NCBI GenBank assembly: GCA_035309745.1
Contig: DATGEW010000007.1
Span: 1 to 39,630 of the forward strand
Direction: 5' to 3'
Length of the DNA stretch: 39,630 bases
DNA from: Candidatus Saccharimonadales bacterium
Lineage (GTDB): Bacteria; Patescibacteriota; Saccharimonadia; Saccharimonadales; UBA4665
How positions within the stretch are numbered: position 1 is the stretch's first letter; every line of letters starts with the position of its first letter. The position numbers and the translations under genes are program-made. The notes under the pieces were generated by a model. The model was not told the DNA's origin and did no database searches. It saw only the letters and a list, made by a program, of their open reading frames with translations. Shown here in pieces: positions 9,315 to 16,747 of the stretch.

Positions 9315-10550
9315 ATGCATGGCTCTCAAGCTGTTACGCCATATGTTGGCCTCGATGTCGGCACCGGCACAGTACGCTGTGTCGTAGGTGTAATCGACCA
9401 AAATAACCCGGGCAAACTTTCGATTGTGGGGCATGGTAGCGCGCCGAACCTCGGCATGCGTAAGGGTGTGGTAGTGCACATAGAGGATGTCGCCGATGCC
9501 ATTGCGCAGGCGCTTACCGAGGCCGAGCGCTTAAGCGGCATGAAGCTGACCGGCGCTACGGTAAACATCAACGGATCGCACGTGAGCGGTTTGAACTCCA
9601 AGGGTGTTATTGCCATCAGTACCGCCAACCGTGAGATTACTCCGGAAGACCGGCTGCGGGTGGAAGAAGCTGCCACTATCGTACAGCTGCCCAGCAACCG
9701 CGAAATTATACAGGTTTTTGCCCAGAACTATCGCCTTGACGGCCAGGATAACATTAAAGATCCGGTTGGCATGCACGGCGTGCGGCTCGAAGTAGACACG
9801 CACATCGTCACCGCGGCAACGCCTAATTTACGCAATTTGGAGATGGCGCTCGATAAGGCTCGGCTGGAGGCGCACAACCGAACGCTTTCAAGTCTTGCGG
9901 CTGCCGAAGCCGTACTGCAGCGCCAGCAAAAGGAAGCAGGCACCGTACTACTGGACATTGGGGCGGGCACAACTAATATGGTGGTGTTGGAAGATGGCGA
10001 GGTACAGCATGTGTCGGTATTGCCGATTGGCGGCCAGCACATCACCAACGATTTAGCCATCGGGCTTAAAACCGACCTTGATATTGCCGAAGCGGTAAAA
10101 GTACAGCATGCCGGACTGCTGCAAACGCCGGCGAAACGTGACGTGCGCATCAAAATGCACAATCAAGATCACATTTTTAAAGTCGAAGATATTGCTATGG
10201 TGACTGAGGCGCGCGTAGAAGAACTTTTTGAATATGTCGATAAAGAATTAGCACGCATTCACCGTGCCCACAAGTTGCCGGGCGGGGTAGTGCTGGTTGG
10301 GGGCACGGCCAAGTTGCCCGGTATTGCCGAATTTGCCAAACAACAACTGCAACTGGCCGCGCGCGTGGGCAAGCTACAGCCGCTCAGCGGGCTTATCGAC
10401 ACGGTTGCGGATCCCGCCTATTGCACGGCCGTGGGGCTCATGCTGCTCGACATGCTGCTTGTCCCAGAGGTGGAAGGCGGGCATGGTAACCAGGATGGCG
10501 GCCGAACACTACATTTTGTCGATTCGCTTTTGCGCCGGTTCCGCCGCTAA
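9315..10550 (+). CDS. ftsA: Cell division protein FtsA
   Basis: GLDVGT, GMRKGVV, LDIGAGTT, GGQHITNDLA, VLVGGTA and a C-terminal amphipathic FVDSLLRRFRR. Confidence 0.96.
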   Translation: MHGSQAVTPYVGLDVGTGTVRCVVGVIDQNNPGKLSIVGHGSAPNLGMRKGVVVHIEDVADAIAQALTEAERLSGMKLTGATVNINGSHVSGLNSKGVIAISTANREITPEDRLRVEEAATIVQLPSNREIIQVFAQNYRLDGQDNIKDPVGMHGVRLEVDTHIVTAATPNLRNLEMALDKARLEAHNRTLSSLAAAEAVLQRQQKEAGTVLLDIGAGTTNMVVLEDGEVQHVSVLPIGGQHITNDLAIGLKTDLDIAEAVKVQHAGLLQTPAKRDVRIKMHNQDHIFKVEDIAMVTEARVEELFEYVDKELARIHRAHKLPGGVVLVGGTAKLPGIAEFAKQQLQLAARVGKLQPLSGLIDTVADPAYCTAVGLMLLDMLLVPEVEGGHGNQDGGRTLHFVDSLLRRFRR

Positions 10551-10576
10551 ATAGCCGCACACACAAACTACTCATG

Positions 10577-10615
10577 CTTGTTATACGGCCTTACGGGCCG
10601 TATAACAAGTTTATT
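10577..10615 (+). terminator. 14-bp perfect hairpin between ftsA and ftsZ (terminator or processing/stabilising stem)
   Basis: CTTGTTATACGGCC(10577-90)-TTACG-GGCCGTATAACAAG(10596-609) followed by TTTATT. Confidence 0.6.
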
Positions 10616-10642
10616 GAACTCGCCCGCAGGCTACGCTATACT
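10614..10642 (+). promoter_or_regulatory. Dedicated ftsZ promoter
   Basis: TTGAAC(10614-19)-17 bp-TATACT(10637-42); GAGG upstream of ATG 10675. Confidence 0.6.
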
Positions 10643-10674
10643 GCATCTATAACGCTTAAAGAGAGGGCGAGTGA

Positions 10675-11982
10675 ATGCCACAAGTTGCACCAGCCATAGA
10701 AACATTTGCGCGGATTAAAGTGGTCGGTGTCGGTGGTGCCGGTGGTGCTGCGGTAAACCGCATGATTGAAGCCGGCGTGGACGGCGTGGAATTTATCGTC
10801 ATTAATACCGATGCCCAGGCTTTGCATCATGCAAAGGCGCCGGTAAAGATTCATATTGGCAAGGATGCAACGCGCGGTTTGGGTGCTGGTGCCGACCCGA
10901 TGGTTGGACAGCGTGCCGCCGAAGAATCTATCGACGAAATCAAGAAGGCACTGGAAGGCGCCGACATGGTGTTCGTGACCATTGGTGCGGGCGGTGGCAC
11001 CGGCAGCGGTGCGGGACATGTGGTGGCTCGGGCTGCCAAAGAGATGGACATTTTGGTAGTCGGTTTTGCAACCAAACCGTTTGCTTTCGAGGGTGAAAAG
11101 CGCCGCAAAAATGCAGAAATAGCTATCAATAACCTCCGGCAATCTGTCGACACGCTCATTATTATTCCGAACGACCGGCTGTTGCAGACTATCGACCGGC
11201 AAACGCCGCTTTTGGAAGCGTTTAAAGTCGCTGACGACGTCCTGCGCCAAGGCGTGCAAGGTATTTCCGACCTTATTACCGTGCACGGGCTTATTAATCT
11301 CGACTTTGCCGACGTAAAGGCGGTCATGAGCAATGCCGGTTCGGCCCTTATGGGTATTGGCCGTGCCGCTGGCGAGAACCGCGCAATTCAAGCCGCGCAG
11401 CAGGCAATTGAATCGCCACTGCTCGAAGTGTCGATCGACGGCGCACGAGGCATTTTGTTTAACGTCATTGGTGGCAATGATCTTTCCATGCATGAGATAA
11501 ATTCTGCGGCTGAAACTATTACGAATGCAGCAGACCCCGAAGCCAATATCATATTTGGCGCTACGATTAACCCCGACCTGGACGGAGAAGTGATAATTAC
11601 CGTGGTGGCGACCGGCTTTGATGCCTCATACTACACCGAACGCCAAGCTCCTGCTGACGCGACCGCGGGCCGTATGCAATCTGCCGGTACCGACGATGAC
11701 TCCAGCGCGAAAACCGACGACGACATGGCTCAAATCGATACTGATCTCGAAGAACACCACGAGGCCATTACTGATTTTAAATCTGACACGCACATGCCCA
11801 ACATTTGGACACTCGATGACCACGACGATAAAAAAGACGAGCCCGAGTCCGCTGCGCCGCCGAAGACTATCGATGACGATCAAACGACGCTGCAAACCGA
11901 TCTTGACGCCGAACTCGAGAAGCCATCCTTCTTGCGCCGCCTTACTAAGCGCCACAAAGAACACGACGACAAAGACAAGTAA
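10675..11982 (+). CDS. ftsZ: Cell division protein FtsZ
   Basis: [22 protein letters not shown] tubulin signature, INLDFADV, acidic linker and C-terminal LEKPSFLRR. Confidence 0.98.
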   Translation: MPQVAPAIETFARIKVVGVGGAGGAAVNRMIEAGVDGVEFIVINTDAQALHHAKAPVKIHIGKDATRGLGAGADPMVGQRAAEESIDEIKKALEGADMVFVTIGAGGGTGSGAGHVVARAAKEMDILVVGFATKPFAFEGEKRRKNAEIAINNLRQSVDTLIIIPNDRLLQTIDRQTPLLEAFKVADDVLRQGVQGISDLITVHGLINLDFADVKAVMSNAGSALMGIGRAAGENRAIQAAQQAIESPLLEVSIDGARGILFNVIGGNDLSMHEINSAAETITNAADPEANIIFGATINPDLDGEVIITVVATGFDASYYTERQAPADATAGRMQSAGTDDDSSAKTDDDMAQIDTDLEEHHEAITDFKSDTHMPNIWTLDDHDDKKDEPESAAPPKTIDDDQTTLQTDLDAELEKPSFLRRLTKRHKEHDDKDK

Positions 11983-11997
11983 ACTAGCGTAAAAAAT

Positions 11998-12066
11998 ACA
12001 CTATATTTTTCTTGCATAGCGCTATACATAGAGCTATTGTTATAACACAAGCACTATATATAGTGA
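11998..12066 (+). promoter_or_regulatory. Three NrdR boxes overlapping the nrdR promoter
   Basis: ACACTATATTTTTCTT(11998), GCGCTATACATAGAGC(12019) and GCACTATATATAGTGA(12051) against consensus acaCwAtATaTwGtgt. Starts are 21 and 32 bp apart. Promoter TTGCAT(12012-17)-17-TATTGT(12035-40). Confidence 0.85.
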
Positions 12067-12101
12067 TCGTACATTGAGAAACACAAGGATAGGAGGTGCG
12101 C

Positions 12102-12575
12102 ATGAAGTGTAGCCAATGTGGGGCGTGCGACACCAAAGTGATCGAATCACGCGATGCCGGCGACGGTGAAGCGATACGACGGCGCCGGGCTTGCCCGGAG
12201 TGCGGCTATCGGTTTACCACCTATGAACGGTTGGAGCGGCCACAGCTTATTGTTATAAAAAACGATGGCACCAGGCAACTCTTTAGCCGCGAAAAGCTGC
12301 TCGCCGGATTGTACCGGGCCTGCGAAAAGACGCCGGTGACCAACGTCCAACTTGAGCGCCTCGTGGCAGACATCGAGCAACAGCTCTATGCCTGCGGTGA
12401 GCCCGAGGTGCCTTCGGCCAAGGTCGGTGACATGGTCATGGAACGCCTAAGCGTTCTCAACGAAGTAGCCTACGTGCGCTTCGCGAGCGTATATCGTCGT
12501 TTCAAGGACATCGCAAGTTTCGAGCGCGAGTTGTCGCAAATCCGCAAGCGGAAGACCGAACCTCTCAACATATAA
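12102..12575 (+). CDS. nrdR: Transcriptional repressor NrdR
   Basis: CxxC..KVIESR..IRRRRAC..C..RFTTYE Zn ribbon, ATP cone and VAYVRFASVYRRF. AGGAGG at 12091-96 favours ATG 12102. Confidence 0.97.
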   Translation: MKCSQCGACDTKVIESRDAGDGEAIRRRRACPECGYRFTTYERLERPQLIVIKNDGTRQLFSREKLLAGLYRACEKTPVTNVQLERLVADIEQQLYACGEPEVPSAKVGDMVMERLSVLNEVAYVRFASVYRRFKDIASFERELSQIRKRKTEPLNI

Positions 12576-12604
12576 GAGCGTCAGCTCTCTCTCGGCAAAT
12601 GTGC

Positions 12605-12633
12605 TTGCACGCGCACGCCGGCCGTACTATAAC
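12605..12633 (+). promoter_or_regulatory. Putative internal nrdJ promoter
   Basis: TTGCAC(12605-10)-17 bp-TATAAC(12628-33). Confidence 0.5.
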
Positions 12634-12794
12634 AAATAAGTACGAAGCCGCTTTGCGGCCGGAGGAGAGCTGGCGACAGTTGAGAGCAGGTCGCTTTAAC
12701 TCTAAATAAATAACCAAAAAACATAATTTAAGGAAGGTGCTGCGGCAAAAAGTTTGAGAGACTACTTTTTGCCCCGCAAAAAAGTGAGGGTACT

Positions 12795-15671
12795 ATGGGA
12801 CAAACCACCAGTTTAACGCTCGGGCGGCTTTTTACAAAGCCCGGCACAAAAGGGTACGACCAGCTCAAGTGGGCTCAGCAGGATTCGCTTATCACGAATC
12901 CGTCCACGGGTAAAATAGTGTTCGAGCAGAAAGGAATTGAATTTCCTGAGGGCTGGTCACTCAACTCGATCAACATTGTGGCCCAGAAGTACTTTACCGG
13001 TACGCCTGGCACCGATGAGCGTGAATCATCGCTCAAAGACCTCATTGACCGCGTAGTCGACACGGTGACGCGCGAGGGCATGCAGGAAGGTTATTTTGGG
13101 ACCGACGCTGAAGCGGAGGACTTTCGTGAAGAGCTCAAGTATGTCTTGGCGACGCAGCGCGCGGCATTTAACTCGCCGGTGTGGTTTAACATCGGTGCGC
13201 CTGCTCGCGCCCAGCAGGCCAGCGCCTGTTTTATTCTCGGCATTGAAGACACGATGGAGTCAATCCTCAATTGGTACCACGACGAGGGTATGATCTTTAA
13301 GGGCGGTTCCGGCTCGGGCGTAAACTTGAGCCCGATCCGCTCCTCAGTTGAGCCGCTCGGTAAAAGCGCCGGTACGGCCTCCGGCCCGCTGAGCTTTATG
13401 CGTGGTGCCGACGCTTCGGCTGGCGCCATTAAGAGCGGCGGCAAGACGCGCCGCGCCGCCAAAATGGTGGTGCTGAACGTTGACCACCCGGATGTCATGG
13501 AATTTATATGGTGCAAGGCGATCGAGGAGCGCAAAGCGCGGGTGCTGCAAGAGGCCGGCTTCGATATGACCCTCGACGGTAAAGATATTTTTTCGGTGCA
13601 GTACCAAAATGCCAACAACTCGGTGCGCGTGACCGACGACTTTATGAAGGCCGTGCTGGAAGACGGTGATTGGGAGCTGCGCGCCGTAACCAACGGCAAG
13701 CCGGTAAAAACGGTGAAGGCCCGGAAGCTATTCCGCGAATTTGCCCAAGCGGCATGGGAGTGTGCCGACCCGGGTATGCAGTTTGATACCACCATTAACC
13801 GTTGGCACACCGCGCCCAACGCCGGCCGTATCAACGGCAGCAACCCATGCTCCGAATACATGCACCTCGACCACTCGGCCTGTAATCTGGCGAGCATTAA
13901 CCTGTTGAAATACCTGCGCGAGGACAACAGTTTCGATATTGAAGCATTCCGGCACACCGTGGAGCTGGTATTTACCGCGCAGGAAATTTTGGTTGGTTAC
14001 AGCGTATACCCCACCGAAAAAATCACCAAAAACGCCAAGGCCTACCGTGAGCTGGGGTTGGGCTATGCTAATCTTGGTGCACTGCTCATGGCCATGGGCC
14101 TGCCGTACGACTCCGATGAGGGCCGCGCGATCGCCGCTGCCATTACCGCGCTGATGACCGGCCACGCCTACGCCACGAGCGCCAAAATGGCCCGCCGTGT
14201 CGGTCCGTTTGCCGGCTATCGCAAAGACCGTGAAGGCATGCTGAATGTGCTGCGCATGCACCGTGCAAAAGTCTCCAAAATTGACGCTAACTTGGTGTCT
14301 GAGGAGCTGCTGAGCGCCGCAGCCAGTGCTTGGGACGAAGCCGTGGAGCTCGGCGAGCTGTACGGCATCCGCAACTCACAAGCCAGCGTGCTGGCGCCTA
14401 CCGGCACCATCGGCTTTATGATGGGATGCGACACGACAGGCATCGAGCCAGACTTTGCGCTCATTAAGTACAAGGATATGGTCGGTGGCGGCAGTATGGT
14501 TATCGTGAACCAAACGGTGCCTCGCGCCCTCAAAAACCTTGGCTACACCGAGGAGCAGGCGAACGACATCGTAGCGTACATTCACGACAACAGCACCATT
14601 AAGGGTGCGCCGCACCTCAAGCCCGAGCACGCTGACGTATTTGCCTGTGCCGTAGGCGACAACGCCATCCATTACCTGGGTCACGTTAAGATGATGGCTG
14701 CAGTGCAACCATTCATTTCCGGTGCCATCAGCAAGACCGTAAACATGCCCGAGCAAGTAACCGTGGAAGACGTCGAGCAACTGCACATCGATGCTTGGCG
14801 CATGGGTATTAAAGCAATCGCCATTTACCGCGATAACTGCAAGGTTGCGCAGCCTTTGTCTTCCAAAAAGACCGAAGACAAGAAACAAGAGGCGCCCGCG
14901 CCAGCAGCAGCGGTGGTCGCGTCGCCGGTTGCAGCCGCGGAGGCGGTCAACGACCGCATTATTGTGAAGGGAGCGGTACGTCGCACATTACCGCGCCGCC
15001 GTTCGGCTAAAACGTACAAGTTCCGCATTTCCGACCTTAAAGGTTTCTTTACGGTTGGCGAATACGAGGACGGTACGCCAGGCGAAGTTTTTGTGAGCGT
15101 TTCGAAGCAAGGTTCGACGCTGCGCGGCCTGATGGACGCGTTCTCGATCTCCATTAGCCACGGCTTGCAATATGGCGTGCCGCTCAAGAGCTTTGTAAAA
15201 GCCATGATGAGCACCAGCTACGCGCCGAGCGGTATCACCGATGACCCGGAAATCCGCACGGCCAGCTCTATCACCGACTACATTGCCCGCCGTTTGGCAC
15301 TCGACTACTTAAGCTTCGACGACCGGCTGGAGCTGGGCCTGGCTTCGTTGGACGATATGCCCTCCGAAGCCCAGACCAGCCTGCTGACCGATGACCAGAC
15401 ACCGGAAGGACAGATTGTCGAAGCTGAGCGCGTGGCCGAAGCCAAGGCGGTGGCAACAACGGTAGCTGCGGCGAGTGAATCTGCAGCAACGGTTGGCAGC
15501 AGCGACGAGACAGCTTTCGGTTCCGGCAGCACTGCAGCCGCCGCGCACACCTCGAAGACGCCCACGGCTGATGTAGCCGCTCCGATGTGCTACAATTGCG
15601 GTAACCAAACCCAGCGGGCAGGCAGCTGCTATGTCTGCACCAGCTGCGGTTCCACAACCGGCTGTAGCTAG
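12795..15671 (+). CDS. nrdJ: Class II adenosylcobalamin-dependent ribonucleotide reductase with fused C-terminal TSCPD-like/Zn-ribbon domain
   Basis: FNSPVWFN, SACFI, SGGKTRRAAKM, NPCSEY, APTGTI, GAISKTVNMP and YRDNCK motifs; terminal CxxC...GSCYVC.SCG.TTGCS; follows nrdR. Confidence 0.95.
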   Translation: MGQTTSLTLGRLFTKPGTKGYDQLKWAQQDSLITNPSTGKIVFEQKGIEFPEGWSLNSINIVAQKYFTGTPGTDERESSLKDLIDRVVDTVTREGMQEGYFGTDAEAEDFREELKYVLATQRAAFNSPVWFNIGAPARAQQASACFILGIEDTMESILNWYHDEGMIFKGGSGSGVNLSPIRSSVEPLGKSAGTASGPLSFMRGADASAGAIKSGGKTRRAAKMVVLNVDHPDVMEFIWCKAIEERKARVLQEAGFDMTLDGKDIFSVQYQNANNSVRVTDDFMKAVLEDGDWELRAVTNGKPVKTVKARKLFREFAQAAWECADPGMQFDTTINRWHTAPNAGRINGSNPCSEYMHLDHSACNLASINLLKYLREDNSFDIEAFRHTVELVFTAQEILVGYSVYPTEKITKNAKAYRELGLGYANLGALLMAMGLPYDSDEGRAIAAAITALMTGHAYATSAKMARRVGPFAGYRKDREGMLNVLRMHRAKVSKIDANLVSEELLSAAASAWDEAVELGELYGIRNSQASVLAPTGTIGFMMGCDTTGIEPDFALIKYKDMVGGGSMVIVNQTVPRALKNLGYTEEQANDIVAYIHDNSTIKGAPHLKPEHADVFACAVGDNAIHYLGHVKMMAAVQPFISGAISKTVNMPEQVTVEDVEQLHIDAWRMGIKAIAIYRDNCKVAQPLSSKKTEDKKQEAPAPAAAVVASPVAAAEAVNDRIIVKGAVRRTLPRRRSAKTYKFRISDLKGFFTVGEYEDGTPGEVFVSVSKQGSTLRGLMDAFSISISHGLQYGVPLKSFVKAMMSTSYAPSGITDDPEIRTASSITDYIARRLALDYLSFDDRLELGLASLDDMPSEAQTSLLTDDQTPEGQIVEAERVAEAKAVATTVAAASESAATVGSSDETAFGSGSTAAAAHTSKTPTADVAAPMCYNCGNQTQRAGSCYVCTSCGSTTGCS

Positions 15672-15691
15672 CCGTAAAAGGCTAGTTATAG
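15662..15691 (+). repeat. Stop-codon-overlapping palindromic element, copy 1
   Basis: CTGTAGCTAGCC-GTAAAA-GGCTAGTTATAG, a 12-bp stem with 2 G:U pairs. Shares GTAGCTAGCCGTA-N4-GCTAGyTA with 34534-34559. Confidence 0.5.
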
Positions 15692-15693
15692 AG

Positions 15694-15724
15694 ACCACCC
15701 GCCAAAAAGCGGGTGGTTTTTGTT
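15694..15724 (+). terminator. Rho-independent terminator of nrdJ
   Basis: ACCACCCGC-CAAAAA-GCGGGTGGT followed by TTTTGTT. Confidence 0.85.
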
Positions 15725-15727
15725 CGG

Positions 15728-15756
15728 TTGAACGACAGGGGAGCGTATGCTATGCT
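15728..15756 (+). promoter_or_regulatory. Promoter of the 89-aa gene
   Basis: TTGAAC-17 bp-TATGCT with extended TGn, 9 nt before ATG 15766. Confidence 0.55.
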
Positions 15757-15765
15757 CGACCTTAG

Positions 15766-16035
15766 ATGAAACTGGTTATTCTTTACCGACCAGACTCCGA
15801 CCACGCAAGCGACGTAGAGTCATTTGCGCGTGATTTTCAGCGGCAGCATGACCTCGGCAAAAAGCTTGAGCTCCAGAGTTTAAGTACACGCGACGGCGCA
15901 GCAACGGCCAGTCTGTATGACGTTATGTCGTATCCGGCAATTTTGGTGCTAGCCGACAACGGTTCGATTCTTGGCATGTGGCAGGGCGTGCCGTTGCCGC
16001 TCATGGCCGAAGTCGCCGCGTATTTGTACGGCTAG
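15766..16035 (+). CDS. Small hypothetical protein, thioredoxin/glutaredoxin-like pattern without cysteines
   Basis: Beta-alpha-beta layout and A..YDVMSYPAILV...G cis-Pro-type motif; no CxxC. Confidence 0.6.
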   Translation: MKLVILYRPDSDHASDVESFARDFQRQHDLGKKLELQSLSTRDGAATASLYDVMSYPAILVLADNGSILGMWQGVPLPLMAEVAAYLYG

Positions 16036-16052
16036 CAGACGAGCTATAACTC

Positions 16053-16081
16053 TTTACAGATTGGCCCAGATCTGATACTAT
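16053..16081 (+). promoter_or_regulatory. rplU promoter
   Basis: TTTACA(16053-58)-17 bp-TACTAT(16076-81). Confidence 0.5.
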
Positions 16082-16111
16082 CGTTTGGTAGCTAAATTCT
16101 TGAAAGAGCAA

Positions 16112-16426
16112 ATGAAGATGAAAAAAGCAGTCATTGCAACGGGCGGTAAACAATACCTGGTAACTGAAGGCGAAACGCTGCAGGTTGAATTGCTGCACGC
16201 CGACGATAAGACCGCCACATTTGAACCGCTGCTCGTGATCGACGGCGAAACCGTGAGTGTCGGTGCGCCAGCTGTGGCTAAGGTGAAGGTTTCGGCCGAG
16301 ATTGTGGCCGAAGATGTCCAAGACGACAAAGTTACTTCCATTCGTTACAAGGCCAAGAAGCGGGTACATAAAGTGCGCGGTCATCGCCAGCACCAAACGA
16401 CGATCAAAATCACCAAAATTGCCTAA
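16112..16426 (+). CDS. rplU: 50S ribosomal protein L21
   Basis: AVIATGGKQYLV.EG and YKAKKR...GHRQ..T.IKI. Start is ATG 16112 or 16118. Confidence 0.95.
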   Translation: MKMKKAVIATGGKQYLVTEGETLQVELLHADDKTATFEPLLVIDGETVSVGAPAVAKVKVSAEIVAEDVQDDKVTSIRYKAKKRVHKVRGHRQHQTTIKITKIA

Positions 16427-16447
16427 CATTTTGTTGGGACCCTGTGG

Positions 16448-16484
16448 AAAAATCAGCAGTGTACAGAAACCTGCTGATTTTTTT
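16448..16484 (+). terminator. Rho-independent terminator after rplU (potentially bidirectional)
   Basis: AAAAATCAGCAG...CTGCTGATTTTTTT, a 12-bp inverted repeat with a T run. Confidence 0.75.
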
Positions 16485-16747
16485 ACATCGTGCTTTTGCT
16501 TACTTTAGTCCTAAGAAAGTTTCAAAAAGATCGACCGCAGGAAGTTATATTTTTATCGTTGTTGTATAAACATCGATAGCGTATAGACGCCTGGCCAAAA
16601 ATATGTACTAACCAGTGAACTCATAACTACTGTTTTATCTCTTGTGAGAGCTACCATCGTCACCCCATAATGATAAGGTGCTCCAAAGTCTATCTACGGA
16701 TAGGCGGGAAAACAAATAAACCAAACTAACACAACCAAACAACAAAC

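Noticed and set aside
12725-12790. Cobalamin riboswitch upstream of nrdJ (AAGGAAGGTG resembles its 5' part)
   Set aside because: No GGGAA..GGTG.AA.TCC core or GCCACTG B12 box was found. Kept only as an unassigned structured region.
12795-15671. Intein or intron in nrdJ
   Set aside because: Catalytic motifs are contiguous with normal spacing; no C...HN splice motifs or homing-endonuclease insert. The extra length is Ala-rich linker.
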